Notes under the pieces: model-generated
Seen by the model: the letters and a program-made list of their open reading frames with translations, nothing else
Databases searched by the model: none
Told to the model about the DNA's origin: nothing
Part shown: in pieces, positions 29,015 through 43,439 of the stretch
How the letters are laid out: each line of letters starts with the position of its first letter
Position numbering within the stretch: the stretch's first letter is position 1
Position numbers and translations under genes: made by a program
Source: the human T2T-CHM13v2.0 reference genome, Homo sapiens
Assembly: GCF_009914755.1 (NCBI RefSeq)
Contig: NC_060946.1
DNA length: 64,000 nt
Direction: 5' to 3' (one strand)

Positions 29015-29437
29015 GTTATGAGTTGAGTTGTGTCCCCTCCAGCATTCCTGTGCTGAATCCCTAACTCCAGTACCTCTGAAAGTGACTTTATGTGGAAATA
29101 GGGTGGTTGCAGATGTTATTAAGTAGGATGAGATTATGCTGCAGTAGTGTTCCCTAATCCAATATGACTGGTACCCTTATATAAAGGGGAGATTTGGACA
29201 CAGACACACACACACGCAAGGAGAATGCCATGTGGAGACTGGAGTTATGCTGCTGAAACCAGCAAACTATTGGAGGCTAGGAGAGGGGCCTGGAACAGAG
29301 CATCCTCAGGGGACACAGCTGTGCCGGCACTTGATTTTAGACTTCCGCCTTCCAGAGCTGTGAGTCAGCCCATTTCTGTTGTTCTGTGCCACTCAGTTTG
29401 TGGTGCTTTGTTCCAGTAGCCTGATGAAATGAATACA
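29015..29437 (+). mobile_element. MLT1B/C-like MaLR solo LTR
   Basis: 'ttatgagttgagttgtgtcccc', 'ccctaatccaatatgactgg', 'cagtttgtggt...aataca'. Confidence 0.9.
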
Positions 29438-30429
29438 AAAGGAAACACACAGGTGAGCAGAGGGCTGAGGGGCTGCTGCGTCGGCAGGCATAGAGGATGG
29501 ACTCCAGGGTCAGTCAGCATTGACTTGGAACATGAGAGTTGAAGTTTTAAGAGGGAATTTGGTGTTGAGGGTCAGAATCAGGGCTCTAGAGATAAGATTC
29601 AGACATTCTTAGCTCCTCATTTCATGGCGCTGGGCGAGTCATCAAGCCTCCCTTTGTCTCGGTTTTCTCATCCATATAATAGGGACAACAATGGACCTCA
29701 CGGTATTATGAGATTAAACAGTATTACAAATGTTAAGAACTTATCATAGTCTGTGGCATGCAGTACACATCTGAAACGTCATAGCTTTCTTCATTCCTAG
29801 TTGAGTGACCTTGGGCAAGTCACTTTGCTTGTATGAGGCCTCAATTTCCTCTTCTGTGAGAGAGGGTTGATAATCCTGACCTTACTTTTCTGTTAAAAGC
29901 ATGTCATAAGGTGTAAAAACATCTGTCCCAATAACTGGTAGAAAGTAAGGGGAAAATCACTACTTAGCTTCATTCTTCCCTTTTGAGTTCCCCAGCATCT
30001 GCTTGAATACCTCTAGTGATGGACAACTCATTACCTTTCAGGATGTTCATTTCTATTGGGCATAGAAGCCTCACACACACATAGAAACTTTATATAAGAG
30101 ATTTTCTGAAGTCCCATCTATATGTGATGCCTACTCCTCAAGCTCCCATTTTACAGATGAGGAAGCTGAGGCCGAGGGGACCAGGCAGAAAGATGGGCGA
30201 TGAGGCACCCCAACCGCTCCCGCCCCATCTATGCCCTCGCACTCACACAGACTAGCTTTCCTTCGTTTATGTCTGCCCATCTCGTCTGGAAACTCTAGGA
30301 GTATGTGTGGAAGTGGGTGAGGAACGAGAGCATGTGAGAATGTGGGGTGTGGCCCATTAAAATCACCTCCGTTCTGGCACCCTCTTTTCTGCACTTACTC
30401 CTTCCCCTCCATGTACTAAGATACGAAAC

Positions 30430-30975
30430 AGCTCACACCATTCCCTGCCTCTAACTTTCAATGGCTCCCAATTGCTCTTGGAAAAAATTCCAAAGGCCTT
30501 TGCTTGGCAAAGAAGGGTCCATATGACCTGGTTTTGGCTCCTTTTTCGGCTCCATCATAGATCCCTTTGTTCTTGCTCCAACCTCAAGGCCTCTTTTCAT
30601 GTGTTCAGATACAGCATCCTCATGGAGCATCCTCATGGTCATCTTTGGGCCTCCCCAGTGCTCATCCTTCTGCCTGGGCATCACGTGCTCAACCTCTCAT
30701 CATTCAGGTCTTGATCTGAAGCGCACCTCTTCCCAGAAGCCTCCCCTGCATCCCCTAGCTGGGTCAGTTCCCACCCCCATACGTGACTCTTCCTCATTGC
30801 CTGTTCATTCCAGCATCACACATGACACCAGTGGCACTAATAGATTTATTCTTCTGCCTCTTTGATGAATGTCTCCTACTTTCAACAGTATGAAAGCCCC
30901 CATGTCTATTCTTCTTCCCAATTGGACCCTCAGTACCCAGTAGGTATTCAGTAACTATGTTTTGAATGGTTGAAC
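30430..30975. mobile_element. L2 fragment
   Basis: 'tttcaatggctcccaattgctctt', 'cccagtaggtattcagtaactatgttttgaatg'. Confidence 0.65.
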
Positions 30976-31470
30976 TGTAAATGGGTGAGTTTGGGTGTGG
31001 AATGTGTGAGGGCTGAGAAACGACTGTGGCTCCCATGGGACTGACCTATGTATCAGGTGTGTGACTCTGAGAGGACAAATTGCTCATCTTGAGATGACCA
31101 GAACCATAGCCTAAAACAAACAATTGAAGAAACTGTAAGAGTTTAACCTGGAAAGGACAAGACTTGGGGAATGTGGCAAGTACCAGTGTGCCACTGAAGA
31201 CAAGGACTGTTCCTGTTTACCATCCTGTCCCCAGAATCTAGCCCAGTGTCTGACACACACAATATAGACTTTAGGAAATATGTCCCCAGTGAATTTTGAA
31301 AGAGAGAAGAACACCTAAGATAGGTGAAGCTCTCAAGGTTCAGGAACACAGATCTTGCCTCAATCAAAGAAAACCATTCTCATGTTTAGAGTTGTCCAGA
31401 GCTAGCACAAGTTTAGGGTGGGTAGGGGGTGACCTACACTGGGGGTTCTTCAAGTTCCTTCGTGCTCTGA

Positions 31471-31776
<306 letters not shown>

Positions 31777-33154
31777 TGAGACTTAATATTCTTTCCCTGG
31801 CTGGGCAGACGTGGACAGAAAACAGAGTTGCTTTCCCTTCTCTTGTTTGGGAGGTGTAGGGAGTTCTAATTAGAGAGAGGTGAAACAGGCTAGTTTCCCA
31901 CCTTAATAATCCTGTTTGTCTCAGGCATGGGTCTTGAAGAAGCAGTGCATTATTTAGGAAAGATTCTCATCCCTTCTTCTCCCTCCTTATGTCCTCTGAT
32001 ATGAGTCCTGCACAAGTCTTGCCTCTTTGTTTGTTTAATGATGATTTCCCCAGGTCTTGGAACCTGTCTCAGAATGCTTATTGTCTAAGTCACAACAAAC
32101 CATCATGGGCCTTATAATTAAAAGCCAGCTTTAGGTCTCTCTGCTTGGGACTGGATCTTGGCATCACCTGCATCCTAGAAAGAAGACTATTTGGCAGATT
32201 ACTAAGTGGGAATCTGGTACCCAAGAAGCCAGAGAAGAAGCACTTCAGAGGGGTTAGGGGAGCCTGGGCATTTTCCCCTGGTTGGTGGGGCTGGCCAGGG
32301 CAGATTGTATGTTTAAAACCACCCTTGATTCAGCATCCCAGTAGAATGGAAATAATTTGGACTCAAGCAGCTAAGGTTCAGCGTTTCACCTCCCCAGGGT
32401 GATCTCAAATAAGTCACTTCATCTTGGGCTTCAGTTTCCTTATCTGTAAGTTGGGGGTTGCAACAGCATTTAGCTCCCTGAGGTGCTGTGAAGAGTGAGT
32501 GAGTACAGTACTGAGCACAGAAGGCTCTGGATGGTCAACCTTATGGGAGGCAGAGAAGTATTTCTGATGCTTTTGAATTTCTGCTGTTTGGCCCAGTAGT
32601 TCCCTAATAGTGTACAAATGCCCTTTTTGGCAATTTTAAGTGAGAAATGTGGTCATTTCTTTCACTCCTTAAAAAAAAATTGGCCGAGGAATCTCAGAAT
32701 ACTAGAAGAGGGATGGATGACTTCAACATTTGTTTAGCCTGACTCCCTTAGTTGTGGAAAAGATGCTTGTCTGTGGCCACATAGCACGGGAATGCAGAAG
32801 CAGGATTAGAACTCACTTTTCCTATTTGCCCTCTTGCACTTTCTAGGTGAAGATGGCAATGACGGCTGCAGTCCAAGCCCTAGTGGGCAGATGAGGAGCA
32901 GCCCCTCTCCTTAAAAATAAAGCCGGATTCCTAACATTCTCTTCAACCCACGGCTGTGCAGGGCAGAGTCTCAACACAGGAATTGGAACATAACAAATCC
33001 GCCGACTGCCAGCTTTGATCTCACAAGGATGGAGTTGGGGAGGTGAAGAGAAAGTAAATGCTCTCTCGACTTTCCAAAGGAAAACAATTTTCTTTCTTGG
33101 TAACTGCAATTACTTGAAAACCATGTCAAAACAATAATGTGCCTCCAATAGTCT

Positions 33155-33158
<4 letters not shown>

Positions 33159-33205
<47 letters not shown>

Positions 33206-33260
33206 CTCTCCTCCTCCTCCCTGCTTCCTCTACCTTCTTCTCTTCCTTCTGCCTCCTTCG
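33159..33260. repeat. (CT)n microsatellite and polypyrimidine tract
   Basis: About 22 CT units followed by C/T-rich sequence. Confidence 0.97.
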
Positions 33261-35844
33261 TTTTGCCCTGGTAATAAGGACCATGGACAGAGACACATAA
33301 GCTCCGCCCACACGCCCTTAGCTGACCTATGCTGGGAAAGAAGGGCAGTGGTCGATCAATACCCAAGATCAAGTGAGCTTAGCTCCTCACGTGAGTATTT
33401 CAGAAGGCATTGCTTTTTGGTTGCATTTCCTTGTAAGTTGGCGAGCTGCATACTGATGGACATTCTTGAGAAGCTTGGAGGGCACTCATCTCTCAGGGAT
33501 GCCCTAGAAAGGTTGTCTGCACTAGTGAGATTTGCTGCTCATTCCAATTAAGGTCCTTCTAACTCCAAACCTCTTTGAATAATAAATAGATAATGAGACT
33601 GAGAAAAATAAAGAATATGTCATTAACAAAGCCGCAGACCACAGTTCATTGGCAATGTTGGGGCCAGTTAGCTCTATGATTGCTTGGACAACTGTGTCTG
33701 TACCTAAAACACCCAGTTTTAGGTCATATTCCCACTGTCTGATCACTGAACAGTCTGGGTGGGAGGTCACCAGATTCCAGCTCACATAGCTAAATAAGAC
33801 CTTTTTGTAGGTTCTCTTCACTCTCATTTAATTACAGAAACAATTGTTTGAACAGATTAATATATCAATTTAGCAGAAGAATAACTGTACAAATGCAAAG
33901 CCCTTCCCAGGCCAGGATAATAAGAATGCAGCTCTCACCTCTGCCTTAATCAATCTTGTCTTATTTTAAGCTCACATTTGTGATCTATTTGGGGTTCATG
34001 TCTCTGTTATTCATGTCTTTAGAAATCTTGTCTTGCGGATGTGATGGGCAGTAACCAAAATAGTATCTACCCGATGAGACTCTCAGATCCTCGAGGGCAG
34101 AGTATTTACCTCACTTGCCTGTATACTGTCAAACACTTAGTAATTGTTCAGAAAATATAGAATGGATACATTAATAACGAATGAATGTTAAAAAGGAAGT
34201 TGAATTTAAGCCTAGTGAGGGTAACACTTTATGTCTTTTTTTTTCCTGTTGAAAACCCAACATCTAGAACAATGCTCAGTACATAGATGATGATCACTAA
34301 CTACTTGTTTATTGTATGTGTGAGTGTGGAATGAATGAATAAGAGAACAAAGGCTCTTTTCTTTGCTAACTCTGGAAGTTAGAGAAAGTAATTTATTCAT
34401 TTTTTAATAGATGAGGAAATGAAGTCTCAGAAGAATCAATTTATGAGAAGTCGCTTGGTGAAGTGTAGAATGATATACAAATACATATCCATTATTAATT
34501 GACACAATAATGCTGTGAAACCACCACACACTTCAGCAGTGTATGGTAATAAATATTTATGGCTCAGGTAAGCTGGGCTAGGCTGGATGGTTCTTCTGGT
34601 CTCAGCTGGACTTTCCCTTTCTGAGCCTCACTTTACTCATCTGTAAAATGGGCATGACAGTTGCAGAGCCCATTTTGTGAAGATTAAATAAGGCAATCTA
34701 GGACATGGGCTTAGTCTTTATGTCCTCAAATACTGAGGGCTGGCCAGGACTTGAGGGACATAATGGAGACAAAAATAGACACGATTCTTATTTCTGTTGG
34801 AAGCAGGATGGTGGGGGTGAGGGTATAGATAGACATCATACAAAGAAAGGTGGAACTGAGCTGTAATTGCTGCAGTGGAGGGAGGGTGCATGTTGTTCTC
34901 TGACAGTTTCCAGTGATAAATTTAACCTCATAAGGGAAGTCAGAGAATTCTTTCCTGAAGTGTCACTCTTAGGCTGACATCTGAAGAAGTGACACCTAGT
35001 AGGCACTCAATAAACGTTAATTACCATCATTATCCCTTTCTTCCTCACCACCAGAGGCCAACTTATGAGCAGGAAAGGGCAGGATTTAGCATTTGAGCAC
35101 CAGCTATATGGCAGGCAATTTTCACATTATTATCTCATTTAACCATCACAACAGTCCCCCGGGAAGTAGGTAGGATTGTTATTCTTAGCTGACACACTAA
35201 GTCTCAGATAGGTTCAAGCATTTTTAGAGGAACTGACAACACTGGGGTTAAAATCCAGGTCTTTGGGACTCCAAAGTTCTCTTCCCCTGTAGACACAGCA
35301 TGCAGTTTACACCTTCGTGGTGTGCCTGATGGACAGTGGGAGCCTCCACTGAATCTCAGAACACTATCTGCAAACTCCTGTCTTTCCAAAGGTTGAGCAC
35401 TGCCTGGAATGTCACCATTAGCTTGCCAGCTCTTTGGTCCTCTTTTTGGTAGGGTCCATTTTTTGCCTATTTTATGACAGCCAAGAAAATAAAGCAGTTT
35501 CCCATGAGTGGAGACACATTTAAGATCTTAAGCAAAGGAAGACCTGAATTTTGAGAAAGAAGAGAAATTTGGGAGGAGATACAGTAAAAGGCAAAATGAA
35601 GAAGATACACAGACCCCTCCCTCTCCCCCAGAAGATTAGAGAGTCCTGGGGACCATTTAATTCAACCCAGTCATTTAACGACTGAGAAACCTGAGGCTCA
35701 GAGAGGGTTAGGTATTTGCCCAAAGGCAAACAGCATAGGACGTACAGAGTTAGGGACTTATTCCAGAATTTCTTAACTGCTTTTGTGCTTTTTTTCCCCT
35801 CTGCAAACTCCCTCCAGTTTGGGGGGTGGCTTAAAATCTCCTCA

Positions 35845-36430
35845 AGGAAGGCAGCAGATTTATGGGTTAATAAACATTTACAATGAGCTCCTGAAAAAAC
35901 AGACTCAGGTAGACAGGAATTATTCATTCAAATTAACTATAAATTAAGATCAACCTAATTTAGGCCTATTAAAATGGAAAGCATATTATCTCTCATTCAA
36001 AGGAATTTGTATTTGATGCAAATAGAACAAGTTCCTAAACTTTAGAAATGTTCTTGGATTTTTCATCTCCGTAGTTAACCAACGAAGAATGGGTCCCCCA
36101 TTTAAAAACAGGGGAACATAAGGAACAATAATTAGTTATGTAAATAATGTGGCATTCTTGTTTATAATTAGTTCAAGAATAAAATAAAATTCACGCATGT
36201 CACAGGACTAATTTTCGTATGCAAATGAACAATCAAAATTATAAATGGTAATAATGCAGTTTGGGAGATGTGACATTCTCAATTTATTAGCAGGGGTGCC
36301 AGTTACAGCTGATGATGGCTGACGTTGGGAGATTTCAAAGGTGCCTGGGCCTGGAAAATTCTCACCCATCAAGAGGAGAAAATCTAACTAAAATATTTTC
36401 ACCCATTTTATGTCACTGATGGCTGCAAAG
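35845..36430. promoter_or_regulatory. Candidate enhancer (repeat-free, homeodomain/POU/SOX motif-rich)
   Basis: No recognisable repeat; gatttatgg, many TAAT cores, two ATGCAAAT octamers. Motifs only, no activity data. Confidence 0.35.
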
Positions 36431-37515
36431 TGAACCCAGGGCGCCTCTGTGGCTGGAGAGAGAGGTGCTGCACCAGGGAGACAGGAGTCCAAGTGAATTT
36501 TTGAAAAGAACGCTCTGAAATTTGGCTGGTGAAAAAAGCAAAGACCAGGCATTGCAACCTGGGCTCTGACCTCAACAACGTGTGTCACCTTGGGCAGGCC
36601 CCCTTTGCTGCCTCCTAATTTCCCCATCTAGGGTGGAAGTTTTATTAAAGAGGAGGAGGGAGTTTTGAAATCAAACTGACTTGGAATCTTGGTTCTACCA
36701 CTTGCTAACTGCAGGGCTTTCCTTAACCTTTCTACCTTACCTATCTGGACTCATGTAGCCTCATCTGGTAAGTGACAGCGATATTCTATATCTTTAGGCA
36801 GTGCCAAATTACCTTAAAGAAGGGCTAAGCACATGTTTGGGGCACTAGAAAAGTAGAGTACCAGGGGAAGAAAAAGTGTGAGATAATCAGGAGGTCTAGA
36901 ATCAAAAGCTGCTTAAATTTTGGCATTATGAGAGCGTCGTGTCATTCTGAAAAATAATTTAAAAGTACTTAATATATTTAATTGAAAATTATATATGGAA
37001 TGTATGGGTGTGCATTATATATAGAATATGCTTTGCTCCTTGGAATGCTGTGAGATTGAATGCAATTATACATATAAAATAATTAACACAGTGCCTAGAA
37101 GTTGGAAGAACTCTGTAAATAGTTGTAGCAGCTACTGTTGGTAAATGAGTAAGCTACATTCCAAAATATCTGCAGTCCTTTTTTAAGCCCCAGTGTTCTA
37201 GGATTCTGCCTGGAGGGAGGATGCTTAATTTCAGATAATAGCTGCATCAGGACCAACATGGGCCAATGGGGATTTCCAAAGAAGGATGGTCCAAAGCACG
37301 CTGGGAAAGTTGGCAGGATTTGCCCTAAGCATCACTGAAGTTGATGATATGATGAGACACAGCTCATCTGGTCTCAAACTATCTCCCCCAGCAGTCATGG
37401 TACCCAACATTTTGCAACTAGAAAGAAGCCCATATCTGCTAACTCACCAAGACTAGAAACCATTCTTGATGTCACTATGATGTACATCATTTTACCTAAG
37501 ATTTACTTATCTACC

Positions 37516-37567
37516 TATATCCATCCATCCATCCATCCATACATCCATCCATCCATCCATCCATCCA
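37516..37567. repeat. (CCAT)n microsatellite
   Basis: Tandem atcc units with one interruption. Confidence 0.95.
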
Positions 37568-39240
37568 ACATCAGGAACCTTCTGAAGGCTAACTGCACCA
37601 TATGGTGGATATGATGGATAGATTTTAGTCCTCTTTCGTTGTTGGCACTCCAAATTTGGGATGGGAATTGTCATTGAGCAGCTATTCTGTGCTATCTAGA
37701 CGCTTTAGACACATTATCCCACTTAATCCTAATGACGGCACTAAGAGCTATAGATAACAATGTTTATAAGGTAATAATAGCTACGATTTATTGAGTGTTA
37801 CTATGTACTGGCCACTGTGCTAAGCCTTTTATATGAGCTATCACATTTAATGTCCCCAACAGTTTTGAGAAGAACTCTTATTTCTTTGATTTACCATTAT
37901 TGCCCAGCTTCAGAAAGGTTAAGTGACTAGCCCAAGGTCACACGGCACATTAGAGGTCAAAGCAAGCCTCTTTCCCTGGTCTTTGTAATTCCAGGTTGGT
38001 CACTGTCTGCTTCACTGTGCCTCTAGCTAACTGATTTTCTCTTGGAGGGAGGCATGCGGGCTCCCAACCTCACTAGACAATCATGGGAGGAGGAAAGACA
38101 AGGGCTTTCTCACAGAGTTAACTCTCCACTCCTTGCCCCCTGGGGAAGGGCACCCCCTCCTGAGCATCCTGACAGGTCAGCCTGCACTCAAAGTAGCCTT
38201 TCGGGGGGCCCTTGATGGCTCCCAGATGGGAACGCACACAGCTGTCAGGTGCTTCCGAGAGTCTCTGGATCCTAAGAGCACTGGCGGTGTGCCTGTAGGA
38301 TTAATTGCTTCTCTGGCTTCCAGCAGGGAAGTGGGGTGTGGTAACATCTTGGCTTGGTTAAGGATGAAGGGGCAGGCACACAGGTGGCAGAGAGCATGCC
38401 TCTGTAGCACAGGATCAGAGGAAACTATGTGGCTGAGAACAGCTCCTGGTAGGTAGGGAAGCCCATGAGGACCTCACTTCCCCTAGAAGGAAGATGTCAG
38501 AAGCTGATGTCCTTTCCCCCTGTGCAGTTCTAAAATTACGTAACTGGAAGAGGTGCCACAGGAAAACCTGTTTCTATCATCCTTATTCGTTCTGTGTGGT
38601 CTTCCTCCTTGTCTTTCTTACAATTCTTCTTCCACAGTTAATTTTTTTCAGGCACCTTCTATATCTCATGCTCTGGAAATACCAAGATGAACCATGCAGA
38701 CCCTGACCCCATGGAGTTGAGAGTCTGGTGGTGGAAGACAGACATCATCAAACGCTGGCACAAATAAAGCCACATTTATTTACTTGAGGGGTTACATGTT
38801 AAGTCACGGAGGCACAGATTCTAGAGGAGCCAGTAGCAGGGCCTGAGCTTGGTCCAGGGTTGGCCAGGAAGCTCTTTCCTGCATAAGTAATGCTTGCACT
38901 CAGGACCAAAAGATGACCAGGTGAAGAGTCACCTCACTCCTTGAAACCTCAGTTTCCTTCTTTGTAAAGTGGGATGATAGTAACACCTACATTCCAGGAT
39001 ATTTGTGAGGATAAACTGAGATGACACAGGTGAAAATGAGTAGTACGGAGTCTGGTACATAGTCAGTGCCCATCGTATCATGGCTTTGGCCATAGTCCCT
39101 CGATGTGAAGTGAAGTTCCCATAGATTGGAAGGCCTATCGTTGACTTAGAAACTGCTGCCCAAGGGACAAAGAAGAATGCAAGCCCACTATGTGAAATGG
39201 AAGCACACAGAAAAGGAAGGGCCTCACTCTGCTCTCTCTC

Positions 39241-39243
<3 letters not shown>

Positions 39244-39284
<41 letters not shown>
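39244..39284. repeat. (TG)n microsatellite
   Basis: About 20 uninterrupted TG units. Confidence 0.98.
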
Positions 39285-39287
<3 letters not shown>

Positions 39288-40702
39288 ATGAGAAGTTTGC
39301 ACAGAGAAGCTGGTGTTTAGGCCAGGTCCTGAATGGTAGATAGCAGTTTACAAGAGAAAAGGGGGAGGAAGGGTGTCAGAGATAAAAGGAACATCAATGC
39401 AAAGTGATACAAGGATGAGAATGAGTGTCATCCGCCTTGTCAGATGCCTGGGGAAATTCCAATGGGCACATGGAACAGATCCCCAAACAAAACAACCTTT
39501 AATAACACAATACTATTACTCCTAATGGCAATAACGGCAAAAGCAATAATCACAATGACCACAATAGCAACAGCCGTTACCATGCATTGACAGGTTACTC
39601 TCTTTCAGGCACTGTACATGGGTAACTTCACCTGAAATGCTGAAAATAAATCTTGCTCATTCTTTCCTGGGATATAGTGAATGACTTCATGCCCTACATT
39701 GTATGGGCTACCCACATAGGTGAGGAATTGAGGATACAGCCATGGAGGATTTTTCTGTTAAACCTCAGAAGGGATGCTCTCAATTTCTGCAAGGCTCTCC
39801 TGGGCAACATGAACGGTCCAGACAAGTTCATTCATTTTTTTGTTTTTCTGGAGGGTTAAATGGGGGATAGAGTATTCAGGAGGTAGGTTTAGCTCAGTCC
39901 AAGGATGGCTACAAAGAGCTGTGGTAGGTAGTGCTCTGACAAAGAGTTCCCTGTCGTGGGGATATTCAAGTGTAACTCAGTTAATTTCTTGTTGGGGATG
40001 TTCTGAGCATGGTCAGAACAAAGAGAAAGGGAAATTCAGGGGGAATTGGTCTAGAAGATCCCTTCAATTCCAGGATGCTGTGGTTTCAGGAAGGCAGGAA
40101 TGATCTACCATGAAAGGTTTTTACAACAGTAGGAAACATCATCATCTTGGCTTTGCCTGTCTCCAGGAGGCTTGAATGTGATTTGCATAACCACAGGGGG
40201 ATGGATGTCTTGATCTTTCACAGTTTTTTTCCAGCCCTTAGAATCATTCTGGTCTTTGCTTGCAACCTCCTTTAGAACCATATCCTGAGCCACCTCCATC
40301 CTTCTCCCAAATTATTGTAACAACTTCTGAGTAGGTCCCCTAGCACTCTATAATCTACCCTCCACACAGAAGCAAAAGCTATCATATAAAATAAAAATCG
40401 GATATATTTTCCCCCTACAGTTGTAACTTATGACCATAGCCGTCCCCAACCCAACTGGTTCTCCCATTCCACCTCCCCTCACCTAATGTGCACAAACCAC
40501 TCTCCCTTCTTTTCTGACTCACAAACATTCAGGGCTTTTGCCTTTCCTCTGTCTGAGCCCTCTTCCCCTAGGACTTTGCAAGGCCAGTTTTTTTCTCATC
40601 GTTAAATTCCCAGCTCAACTGTCACCCCAGACAGGGCTCTCTGACCAGTCTTCAGTCACTCCATCCAGACGACCCTTTTAATTTTCCTTTCAGCATTTAT
40701 CT

Positions 40703-40864
40703 AGCTGGGCCTGGTGATGTGTGTCTGTAGTTTCAGCCACTCGGGAGGCTGAGGAAGGAGGATTGCTGGAGCCCAGGAGTTCAAGGCTGCAGTGAGCTGT
40801 GATCATCACTTTGCTCCAGTCTGGACGACAGAGCGAGACCCTGTCTCTAAAACATAAATAAATA
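40703..40864 (+). mobile_element. Alu right monomer (FRAM/AluJ-like)
   Basis: 'gaggattgctggagcccaggagttcaaggctgcagtgagct' plus taaa tail. Confidence 0.9.
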
Positions 40865-41165
40865 GGCCAGGTTTGGTGGCTCATGCCTGTAATCCCAGCA
40901 CTTTTGGAGGCCGAAGCCAGTGGATTGTTTGAGCCCAGGAATTTGAGACCAGCCTGGACAACAGGTGAAACCCTGTTTCTAGGAAAAGCAAAAATTAGCC
41001 AGGCATAGTGGTACATACCTGTGGTCCCAGATACTCAGGAGGCTGATGTGAAAGGATCACCTGAGCCTGGGAAGTTGAGGCTGCAGTGAGCTGAGACTGC
41101 TCCACTGAACTCTAGCCTGGGCGGCAGAGTGAGACCCTGTCTCTAAATACATAAATAAAATAAGT
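40865..41165 (+). mobile_element. AluJ inserted in the tail of the preceding monomer
   Basis: Full dimer from ggccaggtttggtggctcatgcc. Confidence 0.93.
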
Positions 41166-41235
41166 AAAGCACTTTTCAGTATCTTTCTGGAATTCTTATC
41201 TATTTGTTAACATATGTATGGTCTTTTTCTGCTGC

Positions 41236-41718
41236 TGAGAGGTGAAGCCAGCTGGACTTCCTGGCTCGAGTGGGGACTTGGAGAACTTTTCTGTCTAGTT
41301 AGAGGTTTGTAAATGCACCAATCAGCGCTTTGTGTCTAGCCAAAGGATTGTAAATGCACCAATCAGCAACTCTGTAAAATGGACCAATCAGCAGTCTGTA
41401 AAATGGACCAATCAGCACTCTGTAAAATGGACCAATCAGCACTCTGTAAAATTGACCAATCAGCAGGATGTGGGAGGGGACAAATAAGGAAATAAAAGCT
41501 GACCACCCCAGCCAGCGGGGGCGACGTGGTGGGGTCCATTTGCAGGTTGTGGAGGATTTGATCTTTTGCTCTTGGAAATAAATCTTGCTGCTGCGCGCGC
41601 TCTCTCTCTGGGTGCATGCTGCTTTTAAGAGCTGTGATACTCACCAGGAAGGTCCGTGGTTTCATTCTGGAAGTCAGCGAGACCAAGAACCCACCAGAAG
41701 GAACCAACTACAGACACA
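41236..41718 (+). mobile_element. Solo LTR12 (ERV9; LTR12F-like)
   Basis: TG...CA termini (tgagaggtgaagccagctgg ... cagacaca); 4-bp TSD ctgc; six ccaatcagc repeats; aataaaag TATA-like box at ~41491; AATAAA at ~41577. Confidence 0.95.
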
Positions 41719-41754
41719 CTGCTATATGTAAGCTTCTTGGGAGCAGGGTCTTGG

Positions 41755-42064
41755 TTTTTTTTCTTTCTTTCCTTCTTTTCTTCTTAACTTTCCCCCTTCC
41801 CCTTCCCTTTCGCCTTTCCTTCCTTTCCTTCCTTTTTTTTTTGAGACGTAGTCTTGCTCTGTTGCCCAGGCTGGAGCCCAGTGGCACAATCTCCCCTCAT
41901 TGCAACCTTTGCCTCCAGAGTTCAAGTAATTCTCCTGCCTCTTCCTCCCGAGTAGGTGGGATTACAGGTGCCTGCCACCACACCTGGTAAATTTTTTGTA
42001 TTTTTAGTAGAGACGGGATTTCACCATATTGGCCAGGCTGGTCTCGAACTGCTGACCTGGTGAT
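41755..42064 (-). mobile_element. AluS, head-truncated, with pyrimidine-rich tail
   Basis: Antisense Alu stops at 'ctgacctggtgat', lacking the first ~60 nt. Confidence 0.93.
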
Positions 42065-42068
42065 TAAA

Positions 42069-42344
42069 TAAATTCGATTAATATATAACATACATGGAGA
42101 AAGATGTACAAGTCATACGTGTATAGTTAAATGAATTATCTCAAACACACTCCTGTGTAACCAGCAATGAGCTCAAGACACTCAACATTTCCAGCCCCAC
42201 CTCAGTCCCCAACCCCCAAAATGTTCTCACATTCCCAAGTCGACTCCCCAAGGGTAACTGCCATGCTACCTTCCAACATGTAGATAAGTTTGTGGAGCTT
42301 TTGAACTCTTACGTGGGTAGACTCACACAACAGTATGTATGTTT
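42069..42344 (-). repeat. Inverted duplication of an old L1 (L1ME-like) 3' fragment, left arm
   Basis: Reverse complement of 42651-42928; central ~110 bp differs at only 2 positions. Confidence 0.95.
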
Positions 42345-42930
<586 letters not shown>

Positions 42931-43439
42931 CATATTTATAGGGTCCAGCTATGTACAAACTGAATCAAGATTCTATGTACATCAGAATCAAGAGAGAGTG
43001 AGTTCTTGACATCACGGAGCGGTCTACATTCTAGTTCATGCGGTGGACCTGCTGGGTGGCCTCAGGTAAGAGACTCATTTCCCTTATCTATAAATTGAGA
43101 ATCCTAACTCTTTCCCCTAATCAAACCCAGCTGGTAAATTCCCCCTTCACCGCTCCCTTCTCCCCTCAAAGAGACAAGCCGTCTTTGCCATATGCCTCTT
43201 TCTTTTTTCCACCCAGAGGTACCTTTCAAATGCTGGCCCAGAAAGGTGAGGCAAGGAGGGGACCTGGCCTCCATCTCTGTGAATCCCACAGCCCTCCTCC
43301 TGAGATCTGCAGGGGTAGCATGAAATATTTAAAAGCTCAAATTGAAATCTTGTTAGAGCCAGGTCTTGTAAAGCCAAGTTCTCCAACCCCAGAACATCAG
43401 TATCTGTTTGCTGGTGTCATTTAGGGACCCCGGCTTTCC

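Noticed and set aside
35049-35062. CTCF-like motif ccaccagaggcca (similar partial matches at ~41512 and ~62027)
   Set aside because: Each lacks a base of the core spacing; expected by chance.
41345-41466. Regularly spaced repeats superficially like a CRISPR array
   Set aside because: Tandem units without unique spacers, inside a eukaryotic LTR.
41363-41707. ORF with repeated ADWSILQS units
   Set aside because: Antisense translation of the LTR12 24-bp CCAAT repeats.
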